From Candidatus Woesebacteria bacterium (lineage in GTDB: Bacteria > Patescibacteriota > Microgenomatia > UBA1400 > UBA1396), in the NCBI GenBank assembly GCA_021208605.1, contig JAJOJK010000001.1, positions 5,257 through 69,256 of the forward strand: DNA of 64,000 bases, read 5' to 3'. Under the pieces are notes generated by a model. That model searched no databases and was not told the DNA's origin. It saw nothing but the letters and a program-made list of their open reading frames with translations. Positions 1 through 9,013 of the stretch are shown piece after piece (within the stretch, counting starts at the first letter, position 1; every line of letters begins with the position of its first letter). A program made the translations under genes and the position numbers.

Positions 1-2
1 AG

Positions 3-266
3 TTGAGAGAGCGAGAAGAGGGCGAGGAAATGGATGAGGATGCAATAGCTCGATTTGTCGAGAGAGTGAAACACATAGCTACAGTACATACTCATCAGAT
101 CATTGCCGTTGTTACACACGGTTTTGTTATGCGGGGATTTCTGGCTTACTTAGGATATAAACAGCTGGAAGAAATGCCACAAGGTTTTATTAAAAACACG
201 GGGTATATAGTGTTTGAGTTTGAAAATGGAAATTTCCGAATCGCAAAAACCAAACAAATAGGATAG
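3..266 (+). CDS. Histidine phosphatase family protein, C-terminal part (5'-truncated by window)
   Basis: 'IIAVVTHGFVMR' resembles the C-terminal HG motif of histidine phosphatases, followed by 'NTG' and beta-strands. Confidence 0.6.
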   Translation: MREREEGEEMDEDAIARFVERVKHIATVHTHQIIAVVTHGFVMRGFLAYLGYKQLEEMPQGFIKNTGYIVFEFENGNFRIAKTKQIG

Positions 267-433
267 CTTCACAAAGTTTAACGAACTCTGATCGCGGCGA
301 CCCTCGACCTCGTGGAAACCGAACTTCGTGATTCTTGACCTGGTCAAGTTATTTGACCTGTTTGCCCCTGATATGAAGCTACTCGGCTTCTACTAATCCC
401 TAAGAGTATTCGAGGTAGAGTAAAATTACCAAT

Positions 434-1009
434 ATGATTAACCTAGCAGAACTCATAGCAACTAAACAACCAAAAGTTGGTAATACTATTTTTATTGCTA
501 TTGATGGCCATGGTGGCTCAGGTAAATCCACTTTTTCAGATTGGTTATCTAAAAGGCTTGATGCCGAATTAGTTCACACAGATGATTTTGCCAGTTGGGA
601 TAATCCACTTAACTGGTGGCCAATTGTTATTGATAGCGTTTTTAAACAAGTCTCAAATGGAGCAAAAGAGCTAAACTACCCTCGATCACAATGGTGGGAA
701 GGTCATAGTCGAGAACCAATTTCACAAACAGTTACAGAAATAATGATTTTAGAAGGTGTGAGTTCCCTAAGAATGGAGTTCAGGGATTATATTTCTCTGG
801 GCATCTTTGTTGATACGCCTAAGGAAGTTTGCCTTCAACGAGGAGTAAAAAGAGACTTGCAGTTTGGTAAATCAAGAGAGGAAGTAGTGCAAATGTGGGA
901 AAGCTTTTATACAGAAGAAGATAACTATATCAATCGTGATTTGCCAAAAGAATATGCAGACTTGATCTTAGATGGAACAAAACCTTTTGAGATTCAAGTT
1001 GAACTCTAA
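434..1009 (+). CDS. P-loop nucleoside/uridine kinase-like protein
   Basis: Walker A 'IAIDGHGGSGKST', 'HTDDF', 'ILEGV', lid 'R..RD'. Confidence 0.75.
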   Translation: MINLAELIATKQPKVGNTIFIAIDGHGGSGKSTFSDWLSKRLDAELVHTDDFASWDNPLNWWPIVIDSVFKQVSNGAKELNYPRSQWWEGHSREPISQTVTEIMILEGVSSLRMEFRDYISLGIFVDTPKEVCLQRGVKRDLQFGKSREEVVQMWESFYTEEDNYINRDLPKEYADLILDGTKPFEIQVEL

Positions 1010-1034
1010 AGAACTCTGATAAAGTCTCACAATG

Positions 1035-1107
1035 TGACCCCACCCGGATTCGAACCGGGGTTACAAGGATGAGAACCTTGCGTCCTAGGCCTCTAGACGA
1101 TGGGGCC
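1035..1107 (-). tRNA. tRNA-Glu(CTC)
   Basis: GGCCCCA...TGGGGTC acceptor stem, anticodon loop TT-CTC-AT, GGTTCGAATCC T-arm; CCA not encoded. Confidence 0.95.
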
Positions 1108-1235
1108 GTCTTGAGAACTGAATTTTACCATATAGATTTGAGTTTCGGCCAGGCGGAGTTTTGCGGTTTGGCTCGTTTTTTGTGTACTTGTTGTGTGTTT
1201 TGCATGCCATGCTGAGCGAAACAAAAAGGAGGTGC

Positions 1236-1829
1236 ATGAAAAAAATACGCTCGCTGGTGGTCGGCGCGTTGTTGGTGGGGTTGTATACCATGATGGGAAC
1301 GGCGGCATATGCGTTGGTGCAGCCAGAAGTTGGGGCATCCGTATTTACGTTCACTACGGCGCAGTTGAATATCTTAATTGGAACATCGTCAGGTGGTCCA
1401 TTTGCACAAGAATTAGTGTTGCCTGCCACAGAAATGCTTCTCTCCAATGATGAGGAGCACATCATAGATTTCTGGGTGAAGAATGCTTCGTCGAATGGAA
1501 TTTCATACGCTCTGACTGGACAACTGAGTGAGGGCGATCAAGATTGGGATGTGCTCAAAAAAGCCATTCAAGTAAAAATGTCTAATTTGTCTGAAGAAAC
1601 TCGTTGGTATACCTTGGAGGAGGCAGTGGTTGAGTCAATCCCGTTTCCTGGATTGTTGGAAAATGGAGCGCGAAGATACCAGTTTATTTACCGCCTGCCT
1701 GCGCAGTACCCGGTTGATCCAGACGGTTCGGGACCTCTCCATGAGGGTGACCCAATCGGTGAGGAGCTTGAACAAAAAATTACCAACGGAATCTATTTTT
1801 TGATAACCGGTCATATTCAGGGGGAGTGA
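1236..1829 (+). CDS. Secreted protein, TasA/SipW-cognate-like N-terminus
   Basis: GGAGG RBS; 'MKKIRSL...GTAAYAL' signal followed by 'FTFTTAQLNI'; family assignment is pattern-based. Confidence 0.5.
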   Translation: MKKIRSLVVGALLVGLYTMMGTAAYALVQPEVGASVFTFTTAQLNILIGTSSGGPFAQELVLPATEMLLSNDEEHIIDFWVKNASSNGISYALTGQLSEGDQDWDVLKKAIQVKMSNLSEETRWYTLEEAVVESIPFPGLLENGARRYQFIYRLPAQYPVDPDGSGPLHEGDPIGEELEQKITNGIYFLITGHIQGE

Positions 1830-1830
1830 G

Positions 1831-2040
1831 ATGATGCGTAACTTTGATGTTCTTTTCATACTTTGGACCATCGCTGCTATCACTGTGCTGGGAGTGGGAG
1901 GGCAATTTTTGCTCTCCCCACCAGTTTGGAAGAACGTATTTCCGAATATATGGATAGCGTATGCGGTGACCTGTGTCCTCCCTACCTTTCTCTTATCGAT
2001 TCCAGCACTGCGTTGGCTTACCAAGGAAGGTCATGCCTGA
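1831..2040 (+). CDS. Small 2-TM membrane protein
   Basis: Two hydrophobic stretches; 1 nt after the upstream stop and overlapping the downstream start. Confidence 0.5.
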   Translation: MMRNFDVLFILWTIAAITVLGVGGQFLLSPPVWKNVFPNIWIAYAVTCVLPTFLLSIPALRWLTKEGHA

Positions 2041-3028
2041 TCTTGAGTGGCGACGACTTCTCTATTGGGTGGAGTTGCTTTTCTTTTGGGTATTTTGTTG
2101 GCGAGTGTGGGCGGTTGCGCAAGTATTTGCCTTTACGAATCCGGCGATTCAAGTACTCGGATTGACATTTTCCACTCAAGTATCTCCCATAACTCCCCTC
2201 CCATTTTCGGAGACTGCTACTGTTTTGGCCGGAAATTGGTTTGTGTCTTCCCCACAAGTGGTTGATGATCCGGCGAGTGAAGTTTTGGGGAGGTCGTTAC
2301 GGTATTGCCATACACAAAAAAGCATAGATGGACCATATCAATCGGCGGAGTGCTCATCTGCAGATCGAGAGAAAGTTTTTTGGAACTCTGGGGACACAGA
2401 GTTCGTATGGCGGCAGGGAGATATTGATGCCAAACTCTTTTTTACACTGAGCTCAACCGCATCGCCACAAGACTTGTATGATCTGGTGATCTCAGAAGTG
2501 GCTTGGTCAGGAAGCTATGACGGCGAGGGAAGTCATTCGACAGATGAATGGATAGAGCTCTATAACCCAACTGGGAACACCTGGAATCTACATGGTGTGA
2601 AACTTGAAGGTATCCGTCGCAGTGGAGCGAGCTACACATTTCCTGCTGGGTATGCCATAGCACCGCATAGTTTTTTTGTTATAGCGCGGCACCCGGCAGA
2701 AGAGAGTGTCTTATCTTCTCCTCCTGATAGTGTTCTGTCTTCTCTCTCCTTGAGTAACACAAATGCCAGTATTCGGCTCAGCAACAGCGATGGCATGCTG
2801 TTGGATTCTGTACCGTCTGGAGAATGGAAAGCTGGAGCGAATGACACTGTTGCCGAGTTTCGTGCTTCGGCACAGCGTAATTTATGGCATTTGACACCCG
2901 AGTGGGATAGTTGGTTCACGTGTCAGTCCGCCAAAGCTTGTGGCTCTGGAGCTGTGTTTACCCATCTTGAGAGTCAGCAGACGTATGCTACACCATGGCA
3001 AGCTTCTCGCGGTTATAAGGAGAAATGA
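2033..3028 (+). CDS. Lamin-tail-domain (LTD) secreted protein
   Basis: 'DLVISEVAWSGS...DEWIELYNPTG...L.N....I.L' is the LTD signature; N-terminal hydrophobic anchor. Confidence 0.75.
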   Translation: MPDLEWRRLLYWVELLFFWVFCWRVWAVAQVFAFTNPAIQVLGLTFSTQVSPITPLPFSETATVLAGNWFVSSPQVVDDPASEVLGRSLRYCHTQKSIDGPYQSAECSSADREKVFWNSGDTEFVWRQGDIDAKLFFTLSSTASPQDLYDLVISEVAWSGSYDGEGSHSTDEWIELYNPTGNTWNLHGVKLEGIRRSGASYTFPAGYAIAPHSFFVIARHPAEESVLSSPPDSVLSSLSLSNTNASIRLSNSDGMLLDSVPSGEWKAGANDTVAEFRASAQRNLWHLTPEWDSWFTCQSAKACGSGAVFTHLESQQTYATPWQASRGYKEK

Positions 3029-3074
3029 ACTCTTGGCGGCAAGTTGTGAAAAAGTATGATACTCTATCTGTACT

Positions 3075-3797
3075 ATGAAAGGCATTATTCTCGCTGGAGG
3101 TTCCGGCACTCGTCTCCGTCCCCTTACGAAAGTTACGAGCAAGCAGCTCTTACCCATCTACAACAAGCCGATGGTGTACTATCCGCTCGAGACGCTTTTG
3201 CAAGCGGGCATCAAAGATATTTTGGTGATTATTGCTCCTGATCACGCCGGCGATTTCTTAAAGCTTCTCGGCAGTGGAAAAGACTTTGGCTGTGATTTCA
3301 CTTACGAAATTCAAGACAAACCAGAAGGTTTGGCGCAAGCATTCCTGATTGGAGAAAAATTCATTGGTGATGATTCTGTCACCATGGTGCTCGGCGACAA
3401 CTTATTTGAAGATGATTTCTCAGAAGCTATACAGTCCTTTGAATCTGGTGCCCGGGTGTTTGCGAAAGAAGTGCCTGACCCAGAGCGTTTTGGTGTAGTT
3501 GAGTTCGACGAAAATATGAAAGCTCTTTCTATTGAAGAAAAACCAGCTCAGCCAAAGTCCAACTACTGTGTTACTGGTCTCTACATTTATGACAATACTG
3601 TTGTAGAAAAAACCAAACGACTCCAGCCTTCTGATCGTGGTGAGCTCGAAATTACTGATCTCAACATGATGTACCTGCAGGATGAGACGCTCGACGTAGC
3701 AAAAGTACATGGCCGCTGGTTTGATACCGGTACCTTTGAGTCCTGGTATGAGGCGACCAACTTTGCCCGTGAGCGTGCCATGCAAGAGTCTGCATAG
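3075..3797 (+). CDS. rfbA: Glucose-1-phosphate thymidylyltransferase (short RfbA/SpsI type)
   Basis: '[18 protein letters not shown]...[12 protein letters not shown]', 'RGELEITD', 'WFDTGT'. Confidence 0.92.
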   Translation: MKGIILAGGSGTRLRPLTKVTSKQLLPIYNKPMVYYPLETLLQAGIKDILVIIAPDHAGDFLKLLGSGKDFGCDFTYEIQDKPEGLAQAFLIGEKFIGDDSVTMVLGDNLFEDDFSEAIQSFESGARVFAKEVPDPERFGVVEFDENMKALSIEEKPAQPKSNYCVTGLYIYDNTVVEKTKRLQPSDRGELEITDLNMMYLQDETLDVAKVHGRWFDTGTFESWYEATNFARERAMQESA

Positions 3798-3828
3798 TGA
3801 CCGCAACTGGCACGTCTGTTACACTCAA

Positions 3829-4725
3829 ATGGTGAAATCACCGCTGTCTGTCATTCGATTTTGTGCTCTTGTTTTGAGCGGTCTGGCGGTTTTTGGATCT
3901 GGAGTGTTATTAAGTACGTTACCAGCGCAGGCACAGTTTTCTGCCGTCGAAATCCAAGAAGCCACGCCAGTGACAGCGAGTGCAGAAGTGGTTTCGGTAG
4001 ATCCGGCTCGTTTGCAAAATGTGACTGAAACCTATTATGCCAACGTCGAAGCCTACCGCGATGCAGCCGAGCGCTACCAAATTGCCGAAATTGATTACTA
4101 TCAGCAAAATACCCTCGCTTCTTTAGAAGAGGCCATGCGCCGCGCTCGTGATCTTATGCGGACACGGGCTGACTTAATGGAATCATACTTTACGTACTTA
4201 CGCTTACTCTTGCAGGATACGCGCGGTATAGAGCTCGAAGACAAAAACATTGCCGATGCTGAAATGGCGTTTTGGCAACAGCAAATGGCCGAGTACCGCA
4301 CCAGTGTGGCTGGGCTCGAAACACGACCACAAATTCAGGACCATATGGAGCTTTTCAATGAACAGAAAAATGCCCTCTTACACTCGGCCTACATGGCACT
4401 CGTACTGATTAAAATTGGCAAAATACAAACCGCCCTCGATAATGCCGTAACTGTCCGCCAGACGTTGGATACCGCTATCAGTAACTCATCACTCTCTGCG
4501 GCTGATAAAGCCATTAAACAGCGTGGTCTTGAGGAAGTTGATCGCCTTATCCAACGTTCACAAAACAATGTCATTGACTTGCAGATTGATTTCCGCGCCA
4601 AAGCGACGCAAGGCGCCTATAACCAACAGTCATATCAAGCGTTCCAGTCGGACGCGGAGTTTAGTTATCTCCAGCTGCGACAGACTGGCGAATACATGAA
4701 TGAAATTGCCCGAGGACTACAATGA
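3829..4725 (+). CDS. Secreted alpha-helical hypothetical protein
   Basis: Signal peptide ending 'PAQAQ'; helical/coiled-coil composition. Confidence 0.6.
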   Translation: MVKSPLSVIRFCALVLSGLAVFGSGVLLSTLPAQAQFSAVEIQEATPVTASAEVVSVDPARLQNVTETYYANVEAYRDAAERYQIAEIDYYQQNTLASLEEAMRRARDLMRTRADLMESYFTYLRLLLQDTRGIELEDKNIADAEMAFWQQQMAEYRTSVAGLETRPQIQDHMELFNEQKNALLHSAYMALVLIKIGKIQTALDNAVTVRQTLDTAISNSSLSAADKAIKQRGLEEVDRLIQRSQNNVIDLQIDFRAKATQGAYNQQSYQAFQSDAEFSYLQLRQTGEYMNEIARGLQ

Positions 4726-5222
4726 GCGCTGATGCCCGCAAACACCTCCTTGGTAAGAAAGAGACCACTTCAGTAAACAAAAGTGGTTCGGAAGCTGATG
4801 AGTTAGAGCCTATTGTCGGACAGACGCATTTTGCAGAAGATGTGGTTATCGAAGATATTCGTGCGGCGGGGCCAACCCATGAAACAGAGTCTTCTCAAAA
4901 CACACCATGGTGGAAACAGAAGCGAATAATCCTCTTAGGAGCCGTTATTTTGGTTGGTTGTATCATGATGGTGATTGCACTCAGCTTGCAACAATCAATG
5001 ACTGATTTGCCAACGCAGCAACCATCACAACAGGAAACTACCGGAAATAGCGAAGAAGAAATTTCTGAACTGCGGCGACAACTTCTTCTCTTGGAACAAG
5101 ATATTGAAGCAGCTGATCCACTGGAAGCCGAACTCGCTTTTCCACCAGTAACCTTTGATAAAGTGCTCGAAGATGCGCTTTCTGCTGAGCGTTTGCAAGA
5201 CCTGCAAGAAGCGCGGCGCTAA
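4722..5222 (+). CDS. Single-TM hypothetical protein
   Basis: ATGA overlap with the upstream gene; one TM after 'WWKQKR'. Confidence 0.6.
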   Translation: MSADARKHLLGKKETTSVNKSGSEADELEPIVGQTHFAEDVVIEDIRAAGPTHETESSQNTPWWKQKRIILLGAVILVGCIMMVIALSLQQSMTDLPTQQPSQQETTGNSEEEISELRRQLLLLEQDIEAADPLEAELAFPPVTFDKVLEDALSAERLQDLQEARR

Positions 5223-5237
5223 GCTCTCTTCTTTTTC

Positions 5238-5900
5238 TTACTTTTCTTCTGGAAACAAGTGTTGATTGTGCCGGAATTCGGCAATGGCGCGGTGATCACC
5301 AGATTGAAGAATTTCTGGGACCCTCCAGCCATTGTATTCAGCTGGACGAGTGTACTGCCCGTGTCCGAGTTCGCCCGGTGTATCATGCGACTCACCAACG
5401 GTACTGTTTTCGTTACCCAATACGCCTGGCTGCAAGCGACTCAGTGCATCAACCATGACGGCCACGGCTGGTTCACCACCAGTTAAAACATAGTCCCCAA
5501 TGCGGATTTCGGCGTCAACTAAGTGCTGGGCGACCCGCTCATCGACACCTTCGTAATGTCCACAAATGAACGCAATTCTTTCCAAAGGTTGCCATTCTCG
5601 GGCCGTATCTTGCGTGAAGAGCTCGCCTTTGGCAGAGGTGAGAATAATTTTCTCGTTGGGAGTTCCTTGAGCATAGCCCAAGTGAGATAAGGCGGCATCG
5701 ATGGGCTCGATCATCATTACCATACCTGGACCACCTCCGTAAGGACGGTCATCAGTCAGTTTATGTTTTCCGACTCCGAATTGACGTAATCCGTGGACGT
5801 AGAGATCCACTTTTTCAGTCGCCACCGCTTTTCCCAAGATGCTGGTTTGCAGCAATGAGTCAAAATATTCGGGGAAAAGTGTCAAAATGTCGATTGTCAT
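5238..5900 (-). CDS. trmD: tRNA (guanine37-N1)-methyltransferase
   Basis: 'IDILTLFPEYF', 'DDRPYGGGPGM', 'CGHYEGVDER', 'IGDYVLTGGE'. Confidence 0.97.
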   Translation of the reverse strand: MTIDILTLFPEYFDSLLQTSILGKAVATEKVDLYVHGLRQFGVGKHKLTDDRPYGGGPGMVMMIEPIDAALSHLGYAQGTPNEKIILTSAKGELFTQDTAREWQPLERIAFICGHYEGVDERVAQHLVDAEIRIGDYVLTGGEPAVAVMVDALSRLQPGVLGNENSTVGESHDTPGELGHGQYTRPAEYNGWRVPEILQSGDHRAIAEFRHNQHLFPEEK

Positions 5901-5931
5901 GGTGTAGGTTATTCGATACACTAGGTTGAGT

Positions 5932-7005
5932 ATGAATCGTGAACGAACAGACACTATTATATCGTCCTTTTGGGTCATTGCGGGATTAGTTGCCGTAATT
6001 GCGGTGGGATACTATTTCCGCAACATTTGGATGCTGGTGCTGTTGTCGTTTATTTTTGCCTCTGCTCTCCACCCGGGGGTTCAATTGGGTCGACGTTTTC
6101 GTATCCCGGCACCGATTTCATTGGTGACGATGTACGTGCTGATCTTTTTAGTGTTATCGCTGTTACTCTCATTTGTTATTCCGCCACTCGCCCAGCAAAC
6201 TTCGCAGCTAGCTGCCGTGGGGACGCAAATGCTGGGTCTGGAGAAAATCAATGTGGATCCTTCTTGGGCGCTAGATCTGAACAACTTAAAAGAGTTGGCG
6301 AACTCATACCAGGAATACAGTAATATTCTCACGCAGTTTACTGGTTCACTGCAAACAGCGTTTGTGTTTATTACCTCAACCTTCTCGGTCATGTTTGTGT
6401 TTGTTACGTGGTTGGTGATGACTTCGCATATATCATTATCAGTGGATCACTTTGCCGCTTCTTTTGCTTGGTTACTGCCAGAAAAAACTGCCGAGAAAAA
6501 AGCGGAGAGAGCCCGTAATATTTTGCAGTCAATTATGCGTAAACTCGGAGGTTGGGTGCGCGGTCAGTTGGTGCTTATGTTCGCAATTGGCATCGTGTCG
6601 TATCTGGGATTGACGTTGTTAGGTGTTCCCTATGCCTTACCACTGGCAATCATTGCCGGACTGCTTGAAATTGTGCCAAATCTCGGTCCGACCTTGTCTT
6701 CGATTCCCGCTATTGTAATTGCCTTCTTCTTTGTCAATCCGTTAACGGCGGTAGTGACAGCTGTTTTCTATTTCTTGATGCAACTGCTGGAGAATTCCTT
6801 CTTAGTACCGCAAGTGATGAAAGAAGCGGTCGATGTGCATCCGTTGACGACACTGATCCTCATGTTGCTCGGTTTTCAAGCCATGGGTGTGGTAGGTGCA
6901 GTAGGAATTCTTCCACTCTATATTATTGTTCGCACTCTGGTGCAAGAGTTGGTGCCCGGTGGTGGGCCATTTGCAAATTTAGAGCAATATATCCATAAAA
7001 AATAG
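5932..7005 (+). CDS. AI-2E family transporter
   Basis: Multi-TM; 'GWVRGQL', 'LEIVPNLGP', 'QLLENSFLVPQVM...VHPL'. Confidence 0.9.
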   Translation: MNRERTDTIISSFWVIAGLVAVIAVGYYFRNIWMLVLLSFIFASALHPGVQLGRRFRIPAPISLVTMYVLIFLVLSLLLSFVIPPLAQQTSQLAAVGTQMLGLEKINVDPSWALDLNNLKELANSYQEYSNILTQFTGSLQTAFVFITSTFSVMFVFVTWLVMTSHISLSVDHFAASFAWLLPEKTAEKKAERARNILQSIMRKLGGWVRGQLVLMFAIGIVSYLGLTLLGVPYALPLAIIAGLLEIVPNLGPTLSSIPAIVIAFFFVNPLTAVVTAVFYFLMQLLENSFLVPQVMKEAVDVHPLTTLILMLLGFQAMGVVGAVGILPLYIIVRTLVQELVPGGGPFANLEQYIHKK

Positions 7006-7050
7006 TTGAAAACACTTCCTTTTTAGCCAAAAACTTGGTATACTATGCGC

Positions 7051-7363
7051 TGCAGTCGACCGATGTGCTCGCGCTTTCCTATGGGAAAGTGAGGAAAGTC
7101 CGGACGGCAGAACGCAGGGTGTCTCCTGTAAGGGAGAGACTCCCACTTAAGTGGGAAGGACAGCTAGAGTCACAGAGACGATCTGGGTAACGCCAGCTGA
7201 AACGCCAAGTGGACGAGCTTCGTGCTCGGGACAATCCTCCCCGCCGCAACCATCGAACTTCACCGTATTGGACGCGTTCCCGATGAGTTTACTCAGGGTG
7301 ATACAGCTATGGGCATGAGATAAATGAGCGCACACGACAGAATCCGGCTTATTGGTCGCTGCA
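7051..7363 (+). ncRNA. rnpB: RNase P RNA
   Basis: GAGGAAAGTCCGG near the 5' end and ACAGAATCCGGCTTA near the 3' end (P4 pseudoknot halves); P1 pairing TGCAGTCGACCGAT/ATTGGTCGCTGCA; TGGTATACT -10 upstream. Confidence 0.95.
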
Positions 7364-7375
7364 CACGAAATCCAG

Positions 7376-7424
7376 AGGAGTCATCTCTCTGAAAAGTCTC
7401 TTTTCAGAGTGGTGACTCCTTTTT
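7376..7424 (+). terminator. Intrinsic terminator after rnpB
   Basis: GGAGTCA..CTCTGAAAAG-loop-CTTTTCAGAG..TGACTCC followed by a T-run. Confidence 0.65.
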
Positions 7425-7488
7425 GGGAAGTGTGAGTAAGAATAGCTCCTTGTTCTTGAGAAACACCTTGAGGTACAATCAATCTATT

Positions 7489-8175
7489 ATGGGAGACACT
7501 TTTAACGCTTTGACCACAACCCGCTTTTTTTATGTCACTTCTGATTCGCTCTTTCGCATTCTTTTGAGTGTTGTCTTAGTCGTCCTGGGTTTTTTCGTCG
7601 CCCAACGCGTGACTTCCTTTTTACGAAACTCGGTCCGCTCTTTGCTCAGTCGTGAATTCATCACCAATTCTCCGTTTGGAGTCATGACAGAGTCGACCGA
7701 TGCGCTCCGTGGCTCGGGCTTATTTTCCAATGTGGTGTATTGGTTCGTGGTCTTTTTCTTCGTTTCGATTGCCGGTGAAGTATTGGGAATTACCTTCTTT
7801 AGTAATGTCGCGGCTCTAATTGTGTCGTTTATCCCGACGCTTATTTCGGCGGCGATAGTGTTCCTCTTTGGACTTGTCATTTCTGGTGTTGCCGAAAACG
7901 TGGTCAAACGTCAACTGAAGAAAATGATGCCACAGCAAGCTGTCTTGATGGGAACAGCGACCAGTTACGTCGTTTTGGCTCTCTTTACACTCATTGCATT
8001 GTCAGAGCTCGGTATTGCCAGTGAGTTCATATTAGTGCTCTTCTCTGGCCTTGTTCTGGCCTTGGCTTTATCGGTGGGTATCAGTATTGGATTTGGGTCC
8101 AAAGGCATTGTCGAAGACATGTTGCAAACCATGGTGAAAGAAGAAAAGAAGCGTCGTACCCGCGACGAGGAGTAA
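7489..8175 (+). CDS. MscS-related conserved TM-helix (CmpX-like) membrane protein
   Basis: Repeated TM pattern, 'IALSELGI', 'GISIGFGSK' typical of MscS TM3 regions. Confidence 0.7.
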   Translation: MGDTFNALTTTRFFYVTSDSLFRILLSVVLVVLGFFVAQRVTSFLRNSVRSLLSREFITNSPFGVMTESTDALRGSGLFSNVVYWFVVFFFVSIAGEVLGITFFSNVAALIVSFIPTLISAAIVFLFGLVISGVAENVVKRQLKKMMPQQAVLMGTATSYVVLALFTLIALSELGIASEFILVLFSGLVLALALSVGISIGFGSKGIVEDMLQTMVKEEKKRRTRDEE

Positions 8176-8179
8176 CGCC

Positions 8180-9004
8180 ATGGACATCTTGTGGTGGGAA
8201 GCCGCTATTCTTGGTGTAGTGCAAGGAATTACCGAGTTCTTACCAGTTTCGAGCTCTGGTCACTTAGCACTCTTTCAGCACTTTTTTGGCCTCTCTGGCA
8301 TTCCTCTCACGTTTGATGTCATGACCCATGCTGGTACTTTTATTGCCATCATTGCGTACTTTTGGAAAGATATTCGACAAGCATCACTGCGTTTGTGGTT
8401 TCATATCGCCTTGGCGAACATTCCTGTGTTTATCATGGGTTTTGCTGTGCGGCCGTACCTTGATTTCATGAAAGACAGCCGCGTCGGACTAGCGACTGCC
8501 TTTTTGATTACAGCCTTTCTCCTCATTGTGGCCGATTCTTTGTTGTGGCAGTCAAAGCAAAAAGGCAGCACTTGGTTTCATGCCATTGCCACAAAAGTTA
8601 AAAATCTGATTCACGGACAAAAACTGGTTGAACCTCAATTGCTGACGTTATTTGTAGTGGGTATCTACCAAGCGTTTGCAGTACTTCCCGGAGTATCTCG
8701 TTCTGGAAGTACGCTGACGGGTGGAGCTGTAGCCGGCTATGATCGAGAAACAGCTTTTAAGTATGCCTTTTTGATTGGTATTCCAGCGGTGGGTGGCGCA
8801 GTTTTTCTCGATTTTCTGAGTGTAACAAAGGACAATGCATGGGGCACAATTGATCTGCCTGCGACTCTTTTAGCGACGGCAATTGCCATGGCGGTTGGTC
8901 TGGTTTCACTGCGGTTATTGCGATTTGTCGTGCACAATGCACGCCTGAAATACTTCGCTTTTTACTGCGTTTTTGTTAGTATTGTGTCTCTTTTGTTTGT
9001 TTAA
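8180..9004 (+). CDS. uppP: Undecaprenyl-diphosphate phosphatase (BacA)
   Basis: 'GVVQGITEFLPVSSSGHL', 'PGVSRSGST'. Confidence 0.95.
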   Translation: MDILWWEAAILGVVQGITEFLPVSSSGHLALFQHFFGLSGIPLTFDVMTHAGTFIAIIAYFWKDIRQASLRLWFHIALANIPVFIMGFAVRPYLDFMKDSRVGLATAFLITAFLLIVADSLLWQSKQKGSTWFHAIATKVKNLIHGQKLVEPQLLTLFVVGIYQAFAVLPGVSRSGSTLTGGAVAGYDRETAFKYAFLIGIPAVGGAVFLDFLSVTKDNAWGTIDLPATLLATAIAMAVGLVSLRLLRFVVHNARLKYFAFYCVFVSIVSLLFV

Positions 9005-9013
9005 ATAGTTTTC

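Noticed and set aside
283-1020. 10-bp direct repeat GAACTCTGAT flanking the kinase gene
   Set aside because: Short enough to arise by chance in about 1 kb of AT-rich DNA; no recombinase nearby
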